A stretch of 64,000 bases of DNA from Anthoceros angustus (Eukaryota; Plantae; Anthocerotophyta), in NCBI GenBank assembly GCA_010909165.1, contig VJWM01000272.1:1-64000 (forward strand). The letters run 5' to 3'. Shown piece after piece: positions 24,770 to 37,119 of the stretch. Position 1 is the stretch's first letter; the number at the start of each line of letters is the position of its first letter. The position numbers and the translations under genes were made by a program. The notes below the pieces were generated by a model. The model did not search any database, had not been told where the DNA came from, and saw only the letters and a list, made by a program, of their open reading frames with translations.

Positions 24770-24949
24770 ATGGCGGCGGAGGAAGGAAGGCGCGGCCGGG
24801 GTGCTGCTGGCGGTGCGGGTGAGCGAGCACCTGGAGGAGGCGCTGGAGAGCAGGTACGCGCTGCACCGGCTGTACGCGGTGCCATTGAGGAGGCGGAGCG
24901 GGCGGAGTGGCTTGGCGCCATCGCTCCGGCGGTGCGCGCGGTGGCTGGG
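24770..24949 (+). pseudogene. 5' fragment of glyoxylate/hydroxypyruvate reductase-like (HPR2/HPPR family) gene
   Basis: MAAEEG..PGVLLAVRVSEHLEEALESRYALHRLY..AVRAVAG resembles the HPPR N-terminus (GVLMxxPMSxYLExELxKRFxLxRxW..IRAVVG, recalled). Frameshifted, and it ends at the LRR junction. Confidence 0.6.
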
Positions 24950-27267
24950 ATGGGCTGGACGACGAGATGTTTAAAGACCTGATTCAATCCCTGTCTACCA
25001 ACACCACAGGCTGGAGCACAACTCCATCAAGGGCACCTCATGGGAAAAGCAAGGCAAGGGCGAAGGTTTGGTGAAAGTGTTGAGAGGCATTCCGAGTGCA
25101 GCCGCAGCTGCGTGCGTTGCTCGCAGACTTGGAGTCCGACTCGGCAACGCGGCAGGAACTGCCATCTGTGGATTTGTGGGGAAGCTACCTTAATTGCGAT
25201 TGCCAGGACGGTGAATGTCAACACCGCGAGGAGTGGCACTGGGCGGTGCGCTTGCGCCTGCTCACAGCCATGGGCAGATGCCGTACGCTCAGGAAGATTC
25301 AACTCAATCCTCTGTGGAAGAGGGTCACAGCGTGAGGCAGGACGAGTCGGTCGCGCTGCTCTCAGGCTTGCAACACAACCTTGTGCTGGAGGAGCTGAAT
25401 CTGTTTGGCTACAAGGGTTTTGGGACGGCAGCAGCCTGCCTGGAGGCACTGAGTGCCGTCATCCACAGAACTCACCGCTAATTGGCCTTCCTCGGTCTGC
25501 AATCTGTGGGATTGACTCCAAAAGGCCTGGGTGCCATCGCTGCAGCCCTTGGACGCAATGTCAGCTCTTCAGTGCTGTCCAGATTGTCTCTGTGTGGGAA
25601 CGACATCAGGAATGCTGTCGGGGCGCAACACTTGGCCGACATCCTTACCACGTCGCCCAAGCTGCGCAATGTCTGGATGAGCAACATTGGCATGGACGAG
25701 GAAGGAGCCGTGGTGATTGCGCAGGCCCTGGCGCATACCACTACACTGGCTGGGCTTAGAATCGGAGATCCTGCGCCCCGGAATCCAAACCGGCCGCGCC
25801 CATGTTCCTCGTTCCATTGCTCCAAGCTTTGGTGTGGCACACCCTGGCGGATCCTCCAACTGCTGTTTCTGGCAATCACTCCATCACACGGCTTGTCCTT
25901 GAGTGTCCGGGAGGCCAGGAGGCTGTGGAGCCGGGGTTGGGAGAAGCCCTGGCTCAGGTGCTTCGCACCAACCGGGCTCTGAAAGACCTCACACTATCCA
26001 GCTTCTTCGTCACACGCGGATTGGGAGCTCTGCGGGAAAACAGCAGCATCACCAAACTCCTGGTGTTCCACTCGCGGCAGTCGGAGGATGATGACATGGA
26101 TCCCAACCTGACCGCCATCCTGGATGAGTGCAAGACTGTTGAGGAGGTGCAGATCCGGTTTGACAAGCCGTTTGGTCCGTCCAGCTTCACCAAGGCGTTT
26201 TTCCAAGGGTTGCTTCAGAAAAACCGCAACATCAACAGGCTGGTGTTGGATGGCTGGGATGGGCTGGACGACGAGATGTTTGAAGACCTGATTCAATCCC
26301 TGTCTACCAACACCAACACCCACCTCAGGCTGGATCACATCTCCATCAAGGGCACCTCATGGGAAAAGCAAGGCAGGGGCGAACGTCTGGAGAAAGCGTT
26401 GGGAGCTGCGCGAGTGCAGCCGCAGCTGCGTGCGTTGCTCGCAGACTTGGAGTCCGAGTCGCCAGTGCTGCAAGAACTCCCATCTGTGGATTTGTGGGAA
26501 GCTATTTCGATTGCCTTTGCCAGGAGGCCTACAGGAGTGTGAACACCGGGGCAGTGGCAGTGGTACGTACGCCTGCGCCTGCTCACAGCTATCGGCAAAT
26601 GCCGGTCGCTGAGGAAGATTCATCTGAATCCTCCGGGAGGATGGGCACTTACAGCGTGAGGGAGGTAGAGGCGCTGGCGCTGCTATCTGGCTTGCAACAC
26701 AACCTTGTGCTGGAGGAGCTTAATTTGCTTGGCTACGTGGGCTTTGGGACGGGACCCTGCCTGCAGGCATTGACTGGCGTCATGGAGATGCTATTTCTCA
26801 TTGGACTTGCTGGGTCTGCAATATCTGGGATTGAGTGCAGAAGAACTGGGTGTCATCGCTGCAGCCCTTGGACGCAACCGCAGCTCAGTGCTGTCCAGAT
26901 TGTCTCTTTGTGGGAACGATATCGGGAATGATGTCGGGGCGCAACATTTGGCCGACATCCTGAGGAATTCGATCGCCCTCCGCAGTCTCTGGATGAGCAA
27001 TATTGGCATGGACGAGGAAGGAGCCGTGCTGATTGCAGAGGCCCTGACGAGTACCACCACCCTGATCCGTCTCAGAATCGGAGACCCTGCGCCCCGGAAT
27101 CCGAAGCAGCCGGCGCCCATGTTCATTGGTCCAATTCTCGAAGCTTAGGTATGGCACACGCCGGATTTGGAGAATCCCCAGGAGGCCAGCAGGCCGTGGA
27201 GCCGGGACTGGGAGAAGCCCTGGCTCGGGTGCTGCGCACCAACCGTGCTCTCACTGACCTCAGACTT
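24950..27267 (+). CDS. TRN1-like LRR fragment copy B (module tail + ~2 modules, truncated)
   Basis: Module anchors at 25093 and 26411. ORFs 25482-25982, 25802-26542 and 26801-27148. Confidence 0.88.
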
Positions 27268-27719
27268 GTGCAACAACTGAGGCCCCCAGCAGCACAGCAT
27301 TTGACGGCGAGCATAGACGCATGGGAACAAGTTAGAACTCATCCTGGAAGTCAGCCGTCAGTGTGTCAACCTTCAGGCTCTCAACATGGAGTTGATTCTT
27401 CGGACTTGTAGAAGTCAGCAGAGCAATGCATGTCTGCAACTACCGGTGGTGAGGAACTGCCGACCTGGCACCTCCTGATGTTGCAAATCACTGCATGATG
27501 CATTCTTTGACAGATGCTATATGCTTGGTTTGGTTGCAGCGGAGGCATCTGGGCAGGCACGATGGCGGGAGAAGTCGCTGGCTAACTCTCCGCTGTGATG
27601 CCGGTTCATGTCAGATAAGGTAAATTGGGCACTTGTGGTGGTGATGCTCATGTGTTTGCACTGTTTGGGGCTGGTGTTTTGATCACGCCCCAATGCAGGC
27701 AGCCCCAAGTTCGTGTAAT

Positions 27720-28920
27720 GGGTACACAGCACAGCAAGGGAGGTAAACCACGTGAAGAGGAACATCCGAGTAAGGAGTAAGGCCGTTGAGGTCCTGGACC
27801 TTCTGGTGCAGCCAGGGTGGTATGTACACGTCCGCATCTTTCTTCCATCAGGTCATCAAGAGGTGCATTGCACACAAAGATCTGGGTGCTGGCAGGGGTG
27901 TGCATACCCTGATTGTCAGAAGTGGGTATGTGGCAGCAGATTCTTGGCTAATCACGTCATCGCGTGTATGCTGCCTATGGGAGGTTGGAGGATGCGTTGC
28001 AGGTTTTGAATGGATTGGCTGCTCCCAATGCTTATTCGTGGTCCTCCAGAGTTGAGGCACATGTTGACAATGGACAGGCCAGGCAGGCAATCGAGATCTA
28101 TTTGAGGATGGAACAGTCATCCCTATGTTGGCAGCTAATCTTCTGTTTGTGGCAGCACTTAAGGCTTGTGCCAGTGCAGAAGATCTGACATCAGGCAGAC
28201 AGGTCCATTCCGATGTCCTGAGTAGTGTGCTTGAGCCTGATGTGTTTGTTGGGAGCTGCCTGGTGGAAATGTATGCAAGATGTGGGAGGTTGGATGATGC
28301 TCGCACAATCTTTGACAAGTTGGACTCGAGAAACGTGGTCACATGGAATACGGTGCTTGGAGGGTATGCTCAGGGTGGGCGTGGGCAAGAAGCCCTTGCG
28401 CTCTATGCAAGTATGCAAGAGGAGGAATCCACCTGCCTGACCATGTCACGTTTTGTGCCTCCTCAAAGCATGTGCTAGCAGTGGAACACGACACCAGGAA
28501 GGCAGCTTCATTCACAAATACAGGAAGCAGGTGTCGGATCTGAGGTGATGGTGGGAGCTGCCTCATAGATATGTATGCAAGATGTGGAAGCTTGGATGAT
28601 GCCCGGACTGCCTTTGACAACATGACCAGAAGAAATGTGGTGACCTGGAACGTGATGCTCGCAAGATATGCTGATGGTGGGCTAGGTGAAGAAGCCCTGT
28701 CTCTTTATGCAACTATGCAACAGGAGGGCGTTACTTCAGCAGATCACGTAACTTTGTGTGCCTTCTGAAAGCATGTAAAAGCATCAGGGCATTGGAGCAG
28801 GGAAGGCAGCTACATGACCAGGTTCAGGAGATGGGCTGCAAGTTGACGTGGTCATTTCAGCTGCCTGGTGGACATGAATGCAAAGTGTGGGAGCTGAGAG
28901 GATGCCCGCAGGGTGTGACT
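27720..28920 (+). CDS. PPR1 second copy (multiple frameshifts)
   Basis: ORFs 27964-28188, 28125-28478, 28571-28768 and 28756-29028 match 4560-5735. Confidence 0.85.
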
Positions 28921-30715
28921 GCCATTGCTTCTGGGAAGCTACGTGCATCCACGACTTGCTCCAAAGACAGCTCACCTTGGGAGCATCACGTGGCAGAGGA
29001 ATATACCTGTTCTACAAAGCAGTCTTAGTGAGATGAAAGAGCATCGCTTGACGGGGTCAAGAGGAACGTGCCTCATGTTCTGAAGTTCTGGAGAGCATCA
29101 GACAGTGTACGGATTGGGGCTGGACATCTCGCTTCCTTTCACGGAAGAGCCATCTTCATGGACGAAAGAGAGAGTGCAGCGCTCCTGAGGCTGACAGCCA
29201 CTCACAAGGCATCCGACAAAGCACAGAAAAATGTCGTCCGAAACCACTGGTGTCAGGAATGCCTTGTCGTGCAAAGTCCACAGTGTAGACAGGTTGGGAA
29301 CAAGTAGCTAGAGGCGCCTTTGCAGGCGTGCAGAAGTTGCTCCACTGCATGCTTCTCCGCGCCGCTGGCCAGCACTGGCCAGCAGAAGTGGATTCGAATC
29401 TCCCAATCACACTTGCACGCTTTTCGTTGCAACTTGCAAGAGCCCACATTGATCCATATAAGATAATTGGGATGAGCAGGAAGTGGAGTGGGACGCCGTT
29501 TGCTCTGCTTGCCTTTTCTTGCAAGTCCTCCTGAGAAGGTGGGACGTTGTTGTGGAGGTTGGGCTATGGCTGATCCATCTCTTCCTGCCGGCGCCGCTGG
29601 TGGACCTGCTCGAGATCCTCGAGTCCCGCTCGCCGCAGCTGCGTGCGTTGCTTGCAGAGCTGGAGTCCGACTCGCCAAAGCGGCAGGAACTGCCATCTGT
29701 TGATTCGTGGGAAGCTACTTCAATTGCGACTGCCAGGACGGGGAATGTCACCACCGCGAGGAGTGGCACTGGGCGGTGCGCTTGCGTCTGCTCACCGCTA
29801 TCGGCAGATGCCCGCAGGTGTGACTGCCATTGCTTCTGGGAAGCTACGTGCATCCACGACTTGCTCCAAAGACAGCTCACCTTGGGAGCATCACGTGGCA
29901 GAGGAATATACCTGTTCTACAAAGCAGTCTTAGTGAGATGAAAGAGCATCGCTTGACGGGTCAAGAGGAACGTGCCTCATGTTCTGAAGTTCTGGAGAGC
30001 ATCAGACAGTGTACGGATTGGGGCTGGACATCTCGCTTCCTTTCACGGAAGAGCCATCTTCATGGACGAAAGAGAGAGAGTGCAGCGCTCCTGAGGCTGA
30101 CAGCCACTCACAAGGCATCCGACAAAGCACAGAAAAATGTCGTCCGAAACCACTGGTGTCAGGAATGCCTTGTCGTGCAAGTCCACAGTGTAGACAGGTT
30201 GGGAACAAGTAGCTAGAGGCGCCTTTGCAGGCGTGCAGAAGTTGCTCCACTGCATGCTTCTCCGCGCCGCTGGCCAGCACTGGCCAGCAGAAGTGGATTC
30301 GAATCTCCCAATCACACTTGCACGCTTTTCGTTGCAACTTGCAAGAGCCCATTGATCCATATAAGATAATTGGGATGAGCAGGAAGTGGAGTGGGACGCC
30401 GTTTGCTCTGCTTGCCTTTTCTTGCAAGTCCTCCTGAGAAGGTGGGACGTTGTTGTGGAGGTTGGGCTATGGCTGATCCATCTCTTCCTGCCGGCGCCGC
30501 TGGTGGACCTGCTCGAGATCCTCGAGTCCCGCTCGCCGCAGCTGCGTGCGTTGCTTGCAGAGCTGGAGTCCGACTCGCCAAAGCGGCAGGAACTGCCATC
30601 TGTTGATTCGTGGGAAGCTACTTCAATTGCGACTGCCAGGACGGGGAATGTCACCACCGCGAGGAGTGGCACTGGGCGGTGCGCTTGCGTCTGCTCACCG
30701 CTATCGGCAGATGCC
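28907..30715 (+). repeat. ~0.9-kb tandem duplication (PPR1 end, spacer, start of ROCO gene)
   Basis: The ROCO start at 29566 breaks off at ~29810 (cggcagatgcc|cgcagg) and restarts from the PPR1 3' end. The shared sequence is gatgcc. Confidence 0.9.
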
Positions 30716-33700
30716 GTACGCTCAGGAAGATTCAACTGAATCCTCTGTGGAAGAGGGTCACAGCGTGAGGCGGGACGAGGCGTTGGCGCTCTTTTCAGGC
30801 TTGCAACACAACCTTGTGCTGGAGGAGCTGAATCTGTTTGGCTACAAGGGGTTTGGGACGGCAGCGTGCCTCCAGGCACTGAGTGCTGTCATCGACAGAA
30901 CTCATCGCTCACTGGACTTCCTCGGTCTGCAATCTGTGGGATTGAGTGCAGAAGGACTGGGTGCCATCGCTGCAGCCCTTGGACGCAATGTCAGCTCTTC
31001 AGTGCTGTCCAGATTGTCTCTGTGTGGGAACGACATCAGGAATGCTGTCGGGGCGCAACACTTGGCCGACATCCTTACCAAGTCGCCCAAGCTGCGCAAT
31101 CTCTGGATGAGCACCATAGGCATGGACGAGGAAGGAGCCGTGGTGATTGCGCAGGCCCTGGCGCATACCACTACACTGGCTGGGCTTAGAATCGGAGATC
31201 CTGCGCCCCGGAATCCAAACCGGCCCGCGCCCATGTTCCTCGTTCCATTGCTCCAAGCTTTGGTGTGGCACACCCTGGCGGATCCTCCAGCTGCTGTTTC
31301 TGGCAATCACTCCATCACACGGCTTGTCCTTGAGTGTCCGGGAGGCCAGGAGGCTGTGGAGCCAGGGCTGGGAGAAGCCCTGGCTCAGGTGCTGCACCAA
31401 CCGGGCGCTGAAAGACCTCAGACTATCCAGCTTCTTCGTCACACGCGGATTGGGAGCTCTGCGGAAAACAGCAGCATCACCAAACTCCTGGTGTTCCACT
31501 CGCGGCAGTCGGAGGATGATGACATGGATCCCATCCTGACCACCATCCTGGATGAGTGCAAGACTGTTGAGGAGGTTCAGATCCGGTTTGACAAGCCCTT
31601 TGGTCCGTCCAGCTTCACCAAGGCGTTTTTCAAGGGTTGCTGCAGAAAACCGCAGCATCAACAGGCTGGTGTTGGATGGCTGGGATGGGCTGGACGACGA
31701 GATGTTTGAAGACCTGATTCAATCCCTGTCTACCAACACCCACCTCAGGCTGGATCACATCTCCATCAAGGGCACCTCATGGGAAAAGCAAGGCAGGGGC
31801 GAACGTCTGGAGAAAGCGTTGGGAGCTGCGCGAGTGCAGCCGCAGCTGCGTGCGTTGCTCGCAGACTTGGAGTCCGAGTCGCCAGTGCTGCAGGAACTCC
31901 CATCTGTGGATTTGTGGGGAAGCTATTTCGATTGCCTTTGCCAGGAGGCCTACCGGGAGTGTCAACACCGGGGGCAGTGGCAGTGGTACGTACGCCTGCG
32001 CCTGCTCACAGCTATCGGCAAATGCCGGTCGCTGAGGAAGATTCATCTGAATCCTCCGGGGAGGATGGGAACTTACAGCGTGAGGGAGGTAGAGGCGCTG
32101 GCTCTGCTATCAGGCTTGCAACACAACCTTGTGCTGGAGGAGCTGAATCTGTTTGGCTACAAGGGGTTTGGGAGGGCACCCTGCCTGCAGGCATTGACTG
32201 GCGTCATAGAGAGATGTTGTTTCTCATTGGACTTGCTGGGTCTGCAACATCTGGGATTGAGTGCAGAAGAACTGGGTGTCATCGCTGCAGCCCTTGGACG
32301 CAACCGCAGCTCAGTGCTGTGCAGATTGTCTCTTTGTGGGAACGACATCAGGAATGCTGTCGGGGCGCAACACTTGGCCGACATCCTTACCAAGTCGCCC
32401 AAGCTCCGCAATCTATGGATGAGCAACATAGGCATGGACGAGGAAGGAGCCGTGGTGATTGCACAGGCCCTGGCGCATACCACTACACTGGCTGGGCTTA
32501 GAATCGGAGATCCTGCGCCCCGGAATCCAAACCAGCCCGCGCCCATGTTCCTCGTTCCATTGCTCCAAGCTTTGGTGTGGCACACCCTGGCGGATCCTCC
32601 AGCTGCTGTTTCTGGCAATCACTCCATCACACGGCTTGTCCTCGAGTGTCCGGGAGGCCAGGAGGCTGTGGAGCCGGGGCTGGGAGAAGCCCTGGCTCAG
32701 GTGCTTCGCACCAACCGGGCTCTGAAAGACCTCACACTATCCAGCTTCTTCGTCACACGCGGATTGGGAGCTCTGCGGGAAAACAGCAGCATCACCAAAC
32801 TCCTGGTGTTCCACTCGCGGCAGTCGGAGGATGATGACATGGATCCCAACCTGACCGCCATCCTGGATGAGTGCAAGACTGTTGAGGAGGTGCAGATCCG
32901 GTTTGACAAGCCCTTTGGTCCGTCCAGCTTCACCAAGGCGTTTTTCAAGGGTTGCTGCAGAAAACCGCAGCATCAACAGGCTGGTGTTGGATGGCTGGGA
33001 TGGGCTGGACGACGAGATGTTTGAAGACCTGATTCAATCCCTGTCTACCAACACCAACACCCACCTCAGGCTGGATCACATCTCCATCAAGGGCACCTCA
33101 TGGGAAAAGCAAGGCAGGGGCGAACGTCTGGAGAAAGCGTTGGGAGCTGCGCGAGTGCAGCCAGCTGCGTGCGTTGCTCGCAGACTTGGAGTCCGAGTCG
33201 CCAGTGCTGCAAGAACTCCCATCTGTGGATTTGTGGGAAGCTATTTCGATTGCCTTTGCCAGGAGGCCTACAGGAGTGTCAACACCGGGGCAGTGGCAGT
33301 GGTACGTACGCCTGCTCACAGCTATCGGCAAATGCCGGTCGCTGAGGAAGATTCATCTGAATCCTCCGGGAGGAGGGCACTTACAGCGTGAGGGAGGTAG
33401 AGGCGCTGGCTCTGCTATCAGGCTTGCAACACAACCTTGTGCTGGAGGAGCTGGATCTGTATGGCTACAAGGGGTTTGGGACGGCAGCAGCTGCCTGCAG
33501 GCACTGAGTGCTGTCATCGACAGAACTCATCGCTCACTGGACTTGCTGGGTCTGCAATCTGGGATTGAGTGCAGAAGGACTGGGTGCCATCGCTGCAGCC
33601 CTTGGACGCAATGTCAGCTCTTCAGTGCTGTCCAGATTGTCTCTTTGTGGGAACGACATCAGGAATGCTGTCGGGGCGCAACACTTGGCCGACATCCTTA

Positions 33701-36700
33701 CCAAGTCGCCCAAGCTCCGCAATCTCTGGATGAGCAACATAGGCATGGACGAGGAAGGAGCCGTGGTGATTGCACAGGCCCTGGCGCATACCACTACACT
33801 GGCTGGGCTTAGAATCGGAGATCCTGCGCCCCGGAATCCAAACCAGCCCGCGCCCATGTTCCTCGTTCCATTGCTCCAAGCTTTGGTGTGGCACACCTGG
33901 CGGATCCTCCAGCTGCTGTTTCTGGCAATCACTCCATCACACGGCTTGTCCTTGAGTGTCCGGGAGGCCAGGAGGCTGTGGAGCCAGGGCTGGGAGAAGC
34001 CCTGGCTCAGGTGCTGCACCAACCGGGCTCTGAAAGACCTCAGACTATCCAGCTTCTTCGTCACACGCGGATTGGGAGCTCTGCGGAAAACAGCAGCATC
34101 ACCAAACTCCTGGTGTTTCACTCGCGGCAGTCGGAGGATGATGACATGGATCCCATCCTGACCACCATCCTGGATGAGTGCAAGACTGTTGAGCAGGTGC
34201 AGATCCGGTTTGACAAGCCCTTTGGTCCGTCCAGCTTCACCAAGGCGTTTTTCCAAGGGTTGCAGAAAACCGCAGCATCAACAGGCTGGTGTTGGATGGC
34301 TGGGATGGCTGGACGACGAGATGTTTGAAGACCTGATTCAATCCCTGTCCACCAACACCAACACCCTCAGGCTGGATCACATCTCCATCAAGGGCACCTC
34401 ATGGGAAAAGCAAGGCAGGGGCGAACGTCTGGAGAAAGCGTTGGGAGCTGCGCGAGTGCAGCCGCAGCTGCGTGCGTTGCTCGCAGACTTGGAGTCCGAG
34501 TCGCCAGTGCTGCAAGAACTCCCATCTGTGGATTTGTGGGAAGCTATTTCGATTGCCTTTGCCAGGAGGCCTACAGGAGTGTGAACACCGGGGCAGTGGC
34601 AGTGGTACGTACGCCTGCGCCTGCTCACAGCTATCGGCAAATGCCGGTCGCTGAGGAAGATTCATCTGAATCCTCCGGGGAGGAGGGCACTTACAGCGTG
34701 AGGGAGGTAGAGGCGCTGGCTCTGCTATCAGGCTTGCAACACAACCTTGTGCTGGAGGAGCTGGATCTGTATGGCTACAAGGGGTTTGGGACGGCAGCAG
34801 CTGCCTGCAGGCACTGAGTGCTGTCATCGACAGAACTCATCGCTCACTGGACTTCCTCGGTCTGCAATCTGTGGGATTGAGTGCAGAAGGACTGGGTGCC
34901 ATCGCTGCAGCCCTTGGACGCAATGCAGCTCAGTGCTGTCCAGATTGTCTCTGTGTGGAACGACATCAGGAATGCTGTCGGGCGCAACACTTGGCCGACA
35001 TCCTTACCAAGTCGCCCAAGCTCCGCAATCTATGGATGAGCAACATAGGCATGGACGAGGAAGGAGCCGTGGTGATTGCACAGGCCCTGGCGCATACCAC
35101 TACACTGGCTGGGCTTAGAATCGGAGATCCTGCGCCCCGGAATCCAAACCAGCCCGCGCCCATGTTCCTCGTTCCATTGCTCCAAGCTTTGGTGTGGCAC
35201 ACCCTGGCGGATCCTCCAGCTGCTGTTTCTGGCAATCACTCCATCACACGGCTTGTCCTTGAGTGTCCGGGAGGCCAGGAGGCTGTGGAGCCAGGGCTGG
35301 GAGAAGCCCTGGCTCAGGTGCTTCGCACCAACCGGGCTCTGAAAGACCTCACACTATCCAGCTTCTTCGTCACACGCGGATTGGGAGCTCTGCGGAAAAC
35401 AGCAGCATCACCAAACTCCTGGTGTTCACTCGCGGCAGTCGGAGGATGATGACATGGATCCCAACCTGACCGCCATCCTGGATGAGTGCAAGACTGTTGA
35501 GGAGGTGCAGATCCGGTTTGACAAGCCCTTTGGTCCGTCCAGCTTCACCAAGGCGTTTTTCAAGGGTTGCTGCAGAAAACCGCAGCATCAACAGGCTGGT
35601 GTTGGATGGCTGGGATGGGCTGGACGACGAGATGTTTGAAGACCTGATTCAATCCTGTCCACCAACACCAACACCCACCTCAGGCTGGATCACATCTCCA
35701 TCAAGGGCACCTCATGGGAAAAGCAAGGCAGGGGCGAACGTCTGGAGAAAGCGTTGGGAGCTGCGAGTGCAGCCGCAGCTGCGTGCGTTGCTCGCAGACT
35801 TGGAGTCCGAGTCGCCAGTGCTGCAAGAACTCCCATCTGTGGATTTGTGGGAAGCTATTTCGATTGCCTTTGCCAGGAGGCCTACAGGAGTGTCAACACC
35901 GGGGCAGTGGCAGTGGTACGTACGCCTGCGCCTGCTCACAGCTATCGGCAAATGCCGGTCGCTGAGGAAGATTCATCTGAATCCTCCGGGAGGAGGGCAC
36001 TTACAGCGTGAGGGAGGTAGAGGCGCTGGCGCTGCTATCAGGCTTGCAACACAACCTTGTGCTGGAGGAGCTGAATCTGTTGGCTACGTGGGTTGGGACG
36101 GCACCCTGCCTGCAGGCATTGACTGGCGTCATGGAGAGATGCTATTTCTCATTGGACTTGCTGGGTCTGCAACATCTGGGATTGAGTGCAGAAGGACTGG
36201 GTGTCATCGCTGCAGCCCTTGGACGCAACCGCAGCTCAGTGCTGTCCAGATTGTCTCTTTGTGGGAACGACATCGGAATGCTGTCGGGCGCAACATTTGG
36301 CCGACATCCTGAGGAATTCGATCGCCCTCCGCAATCTCTGGATGAGCAATATTGGCATGGACGAGGAAGGAGCCGTGCTGATTGCAGAGGCCCTGGCGAA
36401 TACCACCACCCTGATCCGTCTCAGAATCGGAGACCCTGCGCCCCGGAATCCGAAGCAGCCGGCGCCCATGTTCATTGGTCCAATTCTCGAAGCTTTGGTG
36501 TGGCACACGCCGGATTCGGAGAATCAGGAGGATTGTCATCCTCCTGCTTCTAGAGCCACTTCCAATCGCTCCATCAGGCTGCTTGTTCTTGAGTGCCCAG
36601 GAGGCCAGCAGGCCGTGGAGCCAGGACTGGGAGAAGCCCTGGCTCAGGTGCTGCGCACCAACCGTGCTCTCACTGACCTCAGACTTGCCAGCTTCTTCGT

Positions 36701-37119
36701 CACACGCGGATTGGAAGCGCTACCTGAAAACAGCAGCATCACCCAACTCCAAGTAAGTCACACGCGGAATTCGGAGGATGATGACATGGATCCTATGCTG
36801 ATCACGATTCTTCAGGAGTGCAAGAATGTCCAGCAGCTGCAGCTTCAGTTTTATAAGCCCTTTGGTCCATCCAACTTCTCCAAGGCGTTTTTCCAAGGGT
36901 TGCGGGATAATCGTAGCATCAAGACGCTTGTGTTGGATGACTGCGAAGGATTGGATGACTACATGTTCCAGAACTTGATGCGGTCTCTGGGACGCAACTG
37001 CAACAACGTCCTGGAGAACATTTCCATCAAGAAAACAACCTGGGAAAGCGAAGGCAAAGGAATATACATCCAGAATGCTCTCTCAAGGAACATGCGCAGA
37101 AGAAGCGCTGCTCCGCAGG
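30469..37119 (+). repeat. Tandem array of five ~1.31-kb LRR super-modules (copy C)
   Basis: Anchors at 31831, 33152, 34453 and 35764 (spacings 1321, 1301, 1311). Confidence 0.95.

Noticed and set aside
6376-37119. CRISPR array or prokaryotic defence locus reading of the long repeats
   Set aside because: Repeat units are ~1.3-kb protein-coding modules with no repeat-spacer structure or cas genes. Spliceosomal introns and PLS PPRs show a plant locus.
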